Position numbers and translations under genes: made by a program
Notes under the pieces: generated by a model
What the model saw: only the letters and a program-made list of their open reading frames with translations
What the model was told of the DNA's origin: nothing
Databases searched by the model: none
Shown here: one piece after another, positions 1 to 7,855 of the stretch
Layout of the letters: every line of letters starts with the position of its first letter
Numbering within the stretch: the stretch's first letter is position 1
NCBI GenBank assembly: GCA_902770045.1
Contig: CACXRO010000004.1
Location: 7,323 to 71,322, forward strand
Direction of reading: 5' to 3'
From: an uncultured bacterium
GTDB taxonomy: Bacteria; Verrucomicrobiota; Kiritimatiellia; RFP12; UBA1067
Length of the DNA stretch: 64,000 bases

Positions 1-383
1 TCGGCATCGCGCGCTTCGCCGGCGTCCCGGCCGAGGCCGGCGGTTCCGTCGGCGGAGCGATGGTAGGGACCCTGGCGTACATGGCGCCGGAGCAGATGCT
101 CGACCCGCGGACGGTAGACGTGCGCGCCGACATCTATTCGCTCGGGGTGGTACTTTTCGAAATGCTCGCCGGGCGGCGTCCGTTTGGCGGCGACGTCGTG
201 CGCATGGTGGCGGACCGGATCGGCGGCGACGCGGTGCCGGACGTGCGGGAGTTCCGTCCCGACGCGTCCGAGGCGGTTGCGGGCCTGGTGCGGCTCATGT
301 GCGCGGCTGACCCGGAGGAGCGGGTGCGGTCGCCGCGGGCGCTGCTGTCGCTTGTCGACTGGGCGGAGAGGGGGGCGGCATGA
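1..383 (+). CDS. Ser/Thr protein kinase, C-terminal part (5' end lies outside the window)
   Basis: Open frame from position 3: GIARFAG..GTLAYMAPEQ..DIYSLGVVLFEML, i.e. activation-loop/APE and subdomain IX motifs of Hanks kinases. Stop at 381-383. Confidence 0.8.
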   Translation, partial: GIARFAGVPAEAGGSVGGAMVGTLAYMAPEQMLDPRTVDVRADIYSLGVVLFEMLAGRRPFGGDVVRMVADRIGGDAVPDVREFRPDASEAVAGLVRLMCAADPEERVRSPRALLSLVDWAERGAA

Positions 384-1246
384 TCGGCGCGCCGAGGGAG
401 GATATGTTCCAGCCGGGCGACGTGTTCCGCGGCTACCAGGTGGTAAGGATAATCGGCAAGGGCGCGGTGGGCGAGGTGTACCAGGTGCGCCACGAGGAGC
501 TCGACACGCTCTTCGCGCTCAAGGTGCTCTATCCCGAGGTGTCGGCCGGCGACGCTGAGAGCGTGAAGCGGCTCTACCGCGAGGCGAAGATCGGCGCCAA
601 GGTGCGCCACCCGAGCCTCGTGACGGTGCATGACTGCGGCTACGACCTCGACATGCGGCTGAACTACATGGTGATGGACTACGTGCCCGGCTCCAACCTG
701 CGCGTCGCCATCGGCCACACCGGCCGCATCGCCGTCGACCGCGCGGTGCGGATCGTCACCCAGCTCGCCGACGCGATGGCGGCCCTGCGGGGCTTCGGCG
801 TGGTGCACCGCGACATCAAGCCGGAGAACGTGATCCTCCAGCCGGACGGAACCGCCAAGCTCGTCGACCTCGGCATCGCGAAGGCGGTGCATCTCGAGGA
901 CTCGCTGGTGACGCTCGCCGGCGCCGCGTTCGGCTCGCCCATCTACATCTCGCCCGAGCAGATCGTGGACGCGTCCGACGTCGACGCGCGGGCCGACATC
1001 TACTCGCTCGGGATCGTGTTCTTCGAGATGGTGACCGGCCGCTGCCCGTACGCGGGGCGGAACATCGCCCAGGTGCTGCGCGAGATCATGAGCGAGGATC
1101 CGGTTCCGGACGCGCGCGACGTCTGCCCCGACGTCCCGGCGGAGGTGGCGGTGCTTATCCGGCGGATGTGCGTGAAGGACCGCGCCCGGCGGCTGCAGGA
1201 CTTCAACGCCGTCCTCGCCGAGCTCGGCAAGCTCGCCGCCCCTTGA
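380..1246 (+). CDS. Ser/Thr protein kinase (kinase domain only, 288 aa)
   Basis: GKGAVGEVY..ALKVL (ATP site), HRDIKPENVIL (catalytic loop), DLGIAK, SPEQ..DIYSLG. ATGA overlap with the upstream kinase gene. Confidence 0.85.
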   Translation: MIGAPREDMFQPGDVFRGYQVVRIIGKGAVGEVYQVRHEELDTLFALKVLYPEVSAGDAESVKRLYREAKIGAKVRHPSLVTVHDCGYDLDMRLNYMVMDYVPGSNLRVAIGHTGRIAVDRAVRIVTQLADAMAALRGFGVVHRDIKPENVILQPDGTAKLVDLGIAKAVHLEDSLVTLAGAAFGSPIYISPEQIVDASDVDARADIYSLGIVFFEMVTGRCPYAGRNIAQVLREIMSEDPVPDARDVCPDVPAEVAVLIRRMCVKDRARRLQDFNAVLAELGKLAAP

Positions 1247-1263
1247 CGGCTAACACGCCTTTT

Positions 1264-1274
1264 TGGTATACTTC
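1264..1274 (+). promoter_or_regulatory. Extended -10 promoter element TGGTATACTTC upstream of rplY
   Basis: Matches the TGGTATAMTAC motif seen 8 times in this window. About 70 nt upstream of the rplY ATG. Confidence 0.4.
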
Positions 1275-1344
1275 GCGCGTTTTACCGCAAGAGTGTAGCG
1301 CGCGTGCGCGAGAGTATTGCGGAAGATTACCAGAAAAGGCAGGA

Positions 1345-2028
1345 ATGAACCAGATCAAGATCAAGGCGGAGCCGCGCACCGAACAGGGTACGGGCGCCGT
1401 CCGGCGTTTGCGCCGCACGGGCATGATTCCCGGCAGCGTGATGAAGATGAAGAAGGGCGGCACGGAGCTCATCAAGCTTCCGGAGCACGACTTCATGATG
1501 GCTATGCGCGGCCGTACCGGCAAGCAGGTCCTCGTCTCCCTCGACATGGGCGGCAAGGAGATGTCGGCGCTGCTGCGCGAAATGCAGAACGACGTGCTCA
1601 AGGGCACGCCGATCCACGTGGACTTCAGCGAGGTGTCGCTGAGCGAGAAGGTCCGCATCACGGTCCCGATCTACCTCGTCGGCGAGGCGAAGGGCGTCAA
1701 GATCGGCGGCGGCGTGCTGGAGCAGACTCTCCGCACCGTCGACATCGACGTGCTGCCGGCCGACATCCCCGAGAAGTTCGACGTCGACGTCTCGGCGCTC
1801 GACCTCGACCAGACCCTCTTTGTGCGCGACCTCGCCCTGGGCGACAAGTACACGGTAACCACCCGCGGCGAAGTGCCGGTGGCGGTGGTGAAGGCTCCTG
1901 ACGCGGTGCCCGGCGCGACGCCGGCCGCCGGCGCGGCGGCGGCTCCGGCCGAGGCTGCGGCGCCCGAGGTCATCAAGAAGGGCAAGGAGGAAGAGGCTGC
2001 CGCCGACAAGAAGGAGGAGAAGAAGTGA
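1345..2028 (+). CDS. rplY: 50S ribosomal protein L25 / general stress protein Ctc
   Basis: MNQIKIKAEPRTEQGTGAVRRLRRTGMIPGSV is an L25/Ctc N-terminus, followed by a Ctc-type extension with an Ala/Glu/Lys tail. ATG 1345 chosen inside the longer ORF 1168-2028. Confidence 0.85.
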   Translation: MNQIKIKAEPRTEQGTGAVRRLRRTGMIPGSVMKMKKGGTELIKLPEHDFMMAMRGRTGKQVLVSLDMGGKEMSALLREMQNDVLKGTPIHVDFSEVSLSEKVRITVPIYLVGEAKGVKIGGGVLEQTLRTVDIDVLPADIPEKFDVDVSALDLDQTLFVRDLALGDKYTVTTRGEVPVAVVKAPDAVPGATPAAGAAAAPAEAAAPEVIKKGKEEEAAADKKEEKK

Positions 2029-2420
2029 TGAAGAAGTACGACGCACTCTACATTTTCGTCGGCGTGGCCAAGGACGACGTCCTCGAGGCCAACCTCGCCA
2101 AGGCGCTTGCGGAGGTCACCCGCCTCGGCGGCGTCGTCGTGGCGCAGGACTCGCTCGGCAAGCGCACCTTCGCGCGCTCGATGAAGAAGCGCGACAGCGG
2201 CGTGTACGTCAAGGTCCGGCTCGAGATCGACCCGCAGAAGCTCAAGGAGCTCGTCGCGCGCTACCGCCTCGTCGAGGAGGTGTTCCGCGTGCAGTTCCTC
2301 GCGGTCGACGAGCGCCGCGAGGCCAAGATCGCCGCCGAGCGCGCCGCCCGCGCCGAGCGCCAGGCCCGCCGCGAGGCGGCACAGGCCGCGGCCATTGCGG
2401 AGAAGACCGCCCAGGAGTAG
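2025..2420 (+). CDS. rpsF: 30S ribosomal protein S6
   Basis: MKKYDALYIF..GKRTFA..GVYV..VFRVQF is S6-like. It sits in the conserved rpsF-ssb-rpsR-rplI order. The start could be ATG 2028. Confidence 0.8.
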   Translation: MMKKYDALYIFVGVAKDDVLEANLAKALAEVTRLGGVVVAQDSLGKRTFARSMKKRDSGVYVKVRLEIDPQKLKELVARYRLVEEVFRVQFLAVDERREAKIAAERAARAERQARREAAQAAAIAEKTAQE

Positions 2421-2426
2421 CGAGAC

Positions 2427-2834
2427 ATGGCTTCGTTCAACAAAGTCATCATCATGGGCAACCTCACGCGCGACCCCGACGTCCGCGCCGCGGGGGTGAG
2501 CGGCATGAAGGTCGCCCGCCTCGGCGTCGCGATCAACGAGCGCCGGCGCGACCGCAGCGGCCAGATGCTTGACTTCCCCGTGTTCGTCGACGTCGACGCC
2601 TGGGACAGGCTCGCGGAGCTGTGCGGCCAGCATCTGGCCAAGGGCAGCCCCGTGCTTGTCGAGGGCCGGCTCCAGATGGACACCTGGGAGCGCGAGGGCG
2701 TGAGGCACCAGAAGCTCAAGATCCGCGCGACGACCATCAAGTTCCTCCCGCGCCCCGACCGTTCGCAGTCGCCGCGCCAGATGGACCAGATGCAGTCGGC
2801 GTCGGACGACGATGGCGGCGAGATACCGTTCTAA
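2427..2834 (+). CDS. ssb: Single-stranded DNA-binding protein
   Basis: MASFNKVIIMGNLTRDPDVR is an OB-fold N-terminus. The acidic C-terminal tip DDDGGEIPF is the classic SSB tail. Confidence 0.9.
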   Translation: MASFNKVIIMGNLTRDPDVRAAGVSGMKVARLGVAINERRRDRSGQMLDFPVFVDVDAWDRLAELCGQHLAKGSPVLVEGRLQMDTWEREGVRHQKLKIRATTIKFLPRPDRSQSPRQMDQMQSASDDDGGEIPF

Positions 2835-2871
2835 ACAACCTTGAAAACTTAAACAGAGAAGGAAAAAGACA

Positions 2872-3102
2872 ATGGCGTTCAAGAAGAACAGCAGTTCGGC
2901 CGGCGAGGAGTTCGCCGCGCGCAAGCGTCCGCCGCTCGGCAAGGGCGACTCGATCGACGTCAACGACGTCGAGACGCTGAAGTACTACATCACCGACTAC
3001 GGCAAGATCCTGCCCGCTCGCATCACCGGGGTTACCTCGCAGCAGCAGCGGCAGATCCGCCAGGGCGTCAAGCGCGCCCGCAACATGGGCCTCATGGCCT
3101 GA
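2872..3102 (+). CDS. rpsR: 30S ribosomal protein S18
   Basis: YITDYGKILPARITGVTSQQQRQIRQGVKRARNMGLM is the S18 signature region. Confidence 0.9.
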   Translation: MAFKKNSSSAGEEFAARKRPPLGKGDSIDVNDVETLKYYITDYGKILPARITGVTSQQQRQIRQGVKRARNMGLMA

Positions 3103-3121
3103 TCCGGAGGGGAGACGCACC

Positions 3122-3589
3122 ATGCAGATCGAAGTCATGCTCATGGACGACGTGAAGAAGCTCGGCAAGTCCGGCCAGGTCGTCAAGGTCGCCGCCGGCT
3201 ATGCCCGCAACTTCCTCTTCCCGAAGGGGCTCGCGGCGGTCGCAACCGAGGCCGCCAAGCGCCGCCTGAAGAAGCTCGAGGCCGAGCGCGCCGCCCGCGC
3301 CGCCGAGGAGAAGAAGGCCGCGCTCGAGGTCGCGAAGAAGCTCGACAAGCTCGAGATCACCGTTTCGGCGAACACCGTGGACGGCAAGCGCCTCTACGGC
3401 TCGGTCGGCATCTCCGACATCCTTGCGGCAATCGAGGCCAACCGCGGCATCAAGCTCGAGCGCTCGCAGATCGAGCTCGAGGACTCGCTCAAGGAAATCG
3501 GCGAGTACGAGCCCACGATCGACCTCGGCCACGGCGTGAACGTCCGCTTCAAGATCACGATCCTGGACGAGGGGGCCGCCCAGGCCTAA
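3122..3589 (+). CDS. rplI: 50S ribosomal protein L9
   Basis: MQIEVMLMDDVKKLGKSGQVVKVAAGYARNFLFPKGLA is the L9 N-terminal domain. Confidence 0.9.
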   Translation: MQIEVMLMDDVKKLGKSGQVVKVAAGYARNFLFPKGLAAVATEAAKRRLKKLEAERAARAAEEKKAALEVAKKLDKLEITVSANTVDGKRLYGSVGISDILAAIEANRGIKLERSQIELEDSLKEIGEYEPTIDLGHGVNVRFKITILDEGAAQA

Positions 3590-3599
3590 TGGCGCAGCC

Positions 3600-4526
3600 T
3601 TGGCAGGCATAGCGTTATTGCTCACCGCGGCGCTCCTCTGGGGCGCCGCGTTTGTTGCCCAGAAAGTCGGGGCGGAGAGCCTCGGCCCGTTCTCGATAAC
3701 CTTCCTGCGCAACCTCGAGGCCGGCGTGTTCCTGGCCGGCTGCTGGTGGGCGCGGCGGCTCATCTCGCCCCGGGCGCGCGCCGCCGCGCCGGCGTGGACG
3801 CGCCGCGCGATCGTCGGCGGGGCGGTCTGCGGCGCGGCGCTTTTCGCCGCTTCGCTCTCGCAGCAGGTCGGCATCATGTACACCACGCCGGGGATCTCCG
3901 CCTTCCTCACCTCCAACTACGTGCTGTTCGTGCCGGTCATCGGCCTCGCCGTCGGCCGCCGCGCCCACCCGCTCGTCTGGGCGGCGGTGGCGGTGGCGCT
4001 CGCCGGCTCCTACCTCATCTGCCTGCCGGACGGCGCGGACGGCTCCATCGGCCGCGGCGAGCTCTGGACGCTCCTCTGCGCCGTTCTCTTCTCCGTGCAG
4101 ATCCTTGTCGTGGACCGCTTCGCGCCCGGCTGCGACGTCCTCGTGTTCTCCTGCATCCAGCAGTTCTCCGGCGCGGCGCTTTCGCTTCCGTTCGTCCTGC
4201 TCCTGGGGTCGGAGAGCTCGTTTTTCTCCGCCGAGGCGCTCGTCCGCTCGGCCCTGCCTGTCCTCTTCATCGCCGTCTTCTCGAGCGGCATCGCCTACAC
4301 CTGCCAGAACCTTGGACAGAAGCGCACCCCGCCCGCGCTCGCCTCGCTCGTCATGGCCACCGAGAGTGTCTTCGGCGCGGTCTTCGGCTGGCTTTGGTTC
4401 GGCGACCGGATGAGCCTGCTCCAGCTGGCCGGCTGCGCGCTCGTATTCGCGGCCGTGGTCGTCGCCTCCGTAGCCCCATTGCCAACGCGCAGCGTTGGAA
4501 GTCCTTCAGCAGCCAACAGACAGTAA
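3600..4526 (+). CDS. EamA/DMT-family transporter (about 10 TM)
   Basis: Two-fold hydrophobic repeat architecture. LLWGAAFVAQKVG and SSGIAYTCQNLGQKR are EamA-like. TTG start. Confidence 0.7.
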   Translation: MAGIALLLTAALLWGAAFVAQKVGAESLGPFSITFLRNLEAGVFLAGCWWARRLISPRARAAAPAWTRRAIVGGAVCGAALFAASLSQQVGIMYTTPGISAFLTSNYVLFVPVIGLAVGRRAHPLVWAAVAVALAGSYLICLPDGADGSIGRGELWTLLCAVLFSVQILVVDRFAPGCDVLVFSCIQQFSGAALSLPFVLLLGSESSFFSAEALVRSALPVLFIAVFSSGIAYTCQNLGQKRTPPALASLVMATESVFGAVFGWLWFGDRMSLLQLAGCALVFAAVVVASVAPLPTRSVGSPSAANRQ

Positions 4527-4586
4527 TCAGTAATCAGTAACCAGCAGCCAACAGCCAACAGCCAACAGCCAGCAACCAGCAGCCAG
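4508..4586. repeat. Tandem heptamer array (CAGTAAT x3, then CAGCCAA/CAGCAAC x7)
   Basis: Read directly: cagtaatcagtaatcagtaaccagcagccaacagccaacagccaacagccagcaaccagcagccag. It overlaps the last codons and stop of the EamA gene. Confidence 0.9.
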
Positions 4587-4673
4587 TGTTCAGTGGATTA
4601 AGGACAATCCATATTCACTGGCCGCTGCGATGCTGGTTGCTGGACACTGAAACACTTCCAACGGCAGTGCCCG

Positions 4674-4705
4674 TTGACTGTCCGGCGACGTGTTTGGTAT
4701 ACTAC
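4674..4705 (+). promoter_or_regulatory. Sigma70-type promoter TTGACT-18 nt-TATACT with extended TGG; near-leaderless
   Basis: TTGACT at 4674-4679 and TGGTATACTAC at 4695-4705. Only 9 nt separate the -10 from ATG 4713 and there is no Shine-Dalgarno. Confidence 0.6.
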
Positions 4706-4712
4706 GGGCATA

Positions 4713-6845
4713 ATGAATGCTTATGTCAAGACGGCGGCCGCCGCGTTGCTGGCGGCGACTGCGTTCGGCGAGATGTCCGACGCCGAGCGCCACCACTCGA
4801 CGGAGATGAACTCGGCGGCTTACGCCGCGGACCGGAAGGCCGCCGGCGGAGTGAAGGTGCTGTTCATCGGCAACTCCATCACGCTGCACGGACCGAACGC
4901 GGCGATCGGCTGGACCAACAACTGGGGCATGGCCGCGAGCGCGGCGGATAAGGACTTCGTCCACCTCGTCACGCGCGAGGTCGAGCGGCGCCTCGGCCGC
5001 CGGGCAGACCTCGTGGTGCGCAACTACGCCAACTTCGAGCGCGACTTCCGCAGCTGGGACTGGTCGAAGACCGAGGAGCTCGCCAAGGAGGATCCCGACG
5101 TGCTCGTCGTCGCGCTCGGCGAGAACGTGCGGTCGCTGAAGGGCGATGCGGACCGCCTCGCGTGGCGCAACGCGTTCAAGCGGCTTCTCGGCGCGTTCCT
5201 CGACGGACGGAACACCAAGCCGCTCGCCGTCGTGCGCGGCAGCTTCTGGCCGGACGCGGCAAAGGACTGGGCGATGGCGTACGCCGCGAGCGACTACGCG
5301 ATTCCGTTCGTGAAGGCCGACGTCTATAGGCAGCCGGGGATGGATGCGAGCGATGCCGGCTTCTCCCATCCCGGCGTCAGGGCGCATCCCGGCGACCGCG
5401 GCATGGCGGAGATCGCCGCGCGCATCGTCGAGGGTCTGTTCCCGGAGAAGTCTGGCTATGAGGCGTGGATGGACGGCCGTCCGGTGAAGGTGCACGCGAT
5501 TCAGGTCTCGGCGATGGAGTACAACCGGCTCTTCACCGGCTTCCAGCGTCCCGCCGACCAGACGGAGCGCGCCGGTTTCGCCGCGGTCGAGGCGAGGGGC
5601 GCGACGTCCTGGCGGGTGAAGTGCGGCCGCGACTTCAGGAAGGCGGTGGTGCGTCCGCTCTCCGCCGGCGTGAAGCCGGCCGTGAAGGACGGAGCGGTGG
5701 AGTTCAAGCTGCCGAAGTGCGGCCACTACGTGCTCGAGCTCGACGACTACCACCGTCCGCTCGAGATCTTCGTCGAGCCCGAGAACGACTTCGCCGAGTA
5801 CCGCCGGACGGCGACGGTGGCCTTCGGGCCGGGCGTCCACCTGACGCGCGGCGTCCGGCTCAGGAGCCACGACCGCGTCTACATCGACAAGGACGCGGTG
5901 GTGTACGGTGGCTTCGCGATGGACGGCGTCGAGGACGTCCAGATCCGCGGCTACGGGATCATCTGCGGCACGACCTGCCGGCGCGTGACCGCCTACTACA
6001 ACCGCAATCCGGACGACAAGGCTGGGGCGGAGGACATGATGATGCGCCAGCTCACCCCGATCCGCGCGCGCCGCTCGAAGCGGATAGTCGTCGAGGGGCC
6101 GGTGGTCGTGGACTCGTGCGAGTGGTGCGTGGCGACGTTCGGCTGCGAGGACGTTGACGTCTCGCACCTGAAGATCACCGGCGCGTGGCGGTACAACACG
6201 GACGGCATCGACTTCTGCAACACGCGCAACGTGCGCCTCGCCGACAGCTACATCCACTCGTTCGATGACGCGGTGGTGCTGAAGGGGATCCTGCCCGACA
6301 GCGCGCGGCCGGTGGAGAACGTGAAGGTGGAGCGGTGCGTGTGCTGGTGCGGCTGGGGGCGGACGCTCGAGAACGGGCTCGAGACCTGGGCGAGCGCGTG
6401 GCGCAACATAGTCTTCGAGGACTGCGACCTCATCCACAACTCGATGGCCGCGCTGAGCGTGCACCTCGGCGGGCCGTGCGCGGTCGACGACGTGACGTTC
6501 AGGAACATCCGCATCGAGTACGACGCGTCCCGCAGCGACGCCGAGTACCAGCGCGGGCGCGACGACGTCTACTCCAAGGCCGGGAAGCGACCGGCCGTCG
6601 ACTGCTGGTTCGCCGCGCTCAACGCCAAGATGTACGCGCCGGGGTCGATGTACAAGAACAAGGACGTCTCGCCCGACGAGCCGTTCGGCAGCTTCCGCCG
6701 GTGCCTTCTCGAGGACATCGACATCCTGGTCGAGGACGGCGTGCCGCTTCCGAAGGCGGGTGTCTCATTCCAGCAGGGCACGAAGCCGGGCGAGATCGAG
6801 CTGCGCAATGTGCGCATGAACGGCAAGCCGGTCCTGCAGCTGTAG
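4713..6845 (+). CDS. Secreted SGNH/GDSL-like hydrolase fused to a GH28-like right-handed beta-helix domain
   Basis: Signal peptide MNAYVKTAAAALLAATAFG. VLFIGNSITLHG..VVALGEN is an SGNH-like block. NTDGIDFCNTRNVRLADSYIHSFDDAVVLKG is a polygalacturonase-type beta-helix motif. Confidence 0.65.
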   Translation: MNAYVKTAAAALLAATAFGEMSDAERHHSTEMNSAAYAADRKAAGGVKVLFIGNSITLHGPNAAIGWTNNWGMAASAADKDFVHLVTREVERRLGRRADLVVRNYANFERDFRSWDWSKTEELAKEDPDVLVVALGENVRSLKGDADRLAWRNAFKRLLGAFLDGRNTKPLAVVRGSFWPDAAKDWAMAYAASDYAIPFVKADVYRQPGMDASDAGFSHPGVRAHPGDRGMAEIAARIVEGLFPEKSGYEAWMDGRPVKVHAIQVSAMEYNRLFTGFQRPADQTERAGFAAVEARGATSWRVKCGRDFRKAVVRPLSAGVKPAVKDGAVEFKLPKCGHYVLELDDYHRPLEIFVEPENDFAEYRRTATVAFGPGVHLTRGVRLRSHDRVYIDKDAVVYGGFAMDGVEDVQIRGYGIICGTTCRRVTAYYNRNPDDKAGAEDMMMRQLTPIRARRSKRIVVEGPVVVDSCEWCVATFGCEDVDVSHLKITGAWRYNTDGIDFCNTRNVRLADSYIHSFDDAVVLKGILPDSARPVENVKVERCVCWCGWGRTLENGLETWASAWRNIVFEDCDLIHNSMAALSVHLGGPCAVDDVTFRNIRIEYDASRSDAEYQRGRDDVYSKAGKRPAVDCWFAALNAKMYAPGSMYKNKDVSPDEPFGSFRRCLLEDIDILVEDGVPLPKAGVSFQQGTKPGEIELRNVRMNGKPVLQL

Positions 6846-6853
6846 TCCGCCGC

Positions 6854-6885
6854 TTGACTGCGGCGAAGGCAATATGGTATACTAC
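6854..6885 (+). promoter_or_regulatory. Sigma70-type promoter for tRNA-Tyr (TTGACT-18 nt-TATACT)
   Basis: TTGACT at 6854-6859 and TGGTATACTAC at 6875-6885. The tRNA begins about 20 nt downstream. Confidence 0.65.
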
Positions 6886-6902
6886 ACGCCAAATTTGGCA
6901 CC

Positions 6903-6988
6903 GGTGGGATACTCAAGTGGTCAACGAGGGCAGACTGTAAATCTGCTGGCTAACGCCTTCCAAGGTTCGAATCCTTGCCCCACCACCA
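6903..6988 (+). tRNA. tRNA-Tyr (anticodon GTA), class II with long variable arm, encoded CCA
   Basis: Acceptor GGTGGGA/CCCCACC. Anticodon stem-loop GCAGA-CTGTAAA-TCTGC. Long variable arm tggctaacgcc. T-arm CAAGG-TTCGAAT-CCTTG. Ends in ACCA. Confidence 0.9.
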
Positions 6989-7029
6989 ATTAAACCTGTA
7001 GACCAGCGATTTGACGGAGGAAAGGACCT

Positions 7030-7251
7030 ATGGAAGACCAGGTAAAGGCAAAGCTGGAGGAGCTCCGCGCCGGGCTGCAGGCCGACGGGGGCGACCTTGA
7101 GTTCGTGAAGATGGACGGCAAGGTGGTCTACCTGCGCCTCGTCGGCCACTGCGGGAGCTGCCCGTTCGCGATGATGACGCTCAAGCAGGGCATCGAGGCG
7201 TCGCTCCGCGAGCTCGACCCCGAGATCACCGTCGAGAGGGTGGAGGGCTGA
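7030..7251 (+). CDS. NifU-like Fe-S cluster scaffold domain protein
   Basis: GGDLEFVKMDGKVVYLRLVGHCGSCPFAMMTLKQGIE contains the CxxC motif of the NifU C-terminal domain. Confidence 0.8.
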   Translation: MEDQVKAKLEELRAGLQADGGDLEFVKMDGKVVYLRLVGHCGSCPFAMMTLKQGIEASLRELDPEITVERVEG

Positions 7252-7853
7252 TGAAGAAGACGGTCAACGTCTCGCTCGTCGGCGTCGGCGGGCAGGGCAT
7301 CATCCTCGCCGCGGACATCCTCGCCAAGGCGGCGGCGATGGCCGGGTACGACGTGAAGAAGTCCGAGATCCACGGCATGGCCCAGCGCGGCGGATCGGTG
7401 ACGAGCCAGGTGCGCTTCGGCGCGTCGGTCGCCTCGCCGATCATCCAGGAGGGCACGGCCGACATCCTCGTCGCCTTCGACAAGATCGAGGCGCTGCGCA
7501 GCTCCGGGGTGCTGGCGAAGGACGGCACGGCGGTGGTGAACGACCTCTGCCTCGTGCCGGTCACGGTGTCCTCGGGCCAGCAGCCGCCGGTCGAGGACCT
7601 CGACGGCAGGGTGAAGAAGACCTTTAGGCAGCTGGTGCTGGTCGACGCCTCCGCTATCGCGTCCGGCGAGATCGGCAACGCGCGCACGATGAACATGGTG
7701 CTCGCGGGCGCGCTCTCGGCCAAGTGCCCGTTTCCGGAGGAGGTGTGGTACGCGGCGATGGCCGATCTCCTCTCGGGTCCCAAGGCGAAGCTCCTCGAGG
7801 TGAACCGCAGGGCGTTCGCGGCCGGCCGCGAACGCGCCATCGGAGACCGGTGA
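7251..7853 (+). CDS. iorB: Indolepyruvate/2-oxoacid:ferredoxin oxidoreductase, beta/gamma-type subunit
   Basis: VGVGGQGIILAADILAKAAAMAGYDVKKSEIHGMAQRGGSVTSQVRFG is the POR gamma / IorB signature. No adjacent iorA is present. Confidence 0.7.
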   Translation: MKKTVNVSLVGVGGQGIILAADILAKAAAMAGYDVKKSEIHGMAQRGGSVTSQVRFGASVASPIIQEGTADILVAFDKIEALRSSGVLAKDGTAVVNDLCLVPVTVSSGQQPPVEDLDGRVKKTFRQLVLVDASAIASGEIGNARTMNMVLAGALSAKCPFPEEVWYAAMADLLSGPKAKLLEVNRRAFAAGRERAIGDR

Positions 7854-7855
7854 AG

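Noticed and set aside
4590-6464. Very long antisense ORFs. Examples are 4590-6464(-), 7226-9013(-), 10389-12125(-), 12731-14977(-), 16402-18084(-), 19026-21449(-), 48386-50098(-), 49903-52530(-) and 56296-58191(-), plus many 100-500 aa alternative-frame ORFs.
   Set aside because: Each lies opposite to, or out of frame with, a gene that has unmistakable conserved motifs. Their translations are Arg/Ala/Gly/Pro-rich low-complexity strings typical of stop-poor shadow frames in high-GC DNA.
6903-6988. tRNA-Tyr as an integration site for the island.
   Set aside because: The tRNA is about 16 kb from the island, with ordinary housekeeping genes in between. There is no integrase and no tRNA 3'-end direct repeat at the island borders.
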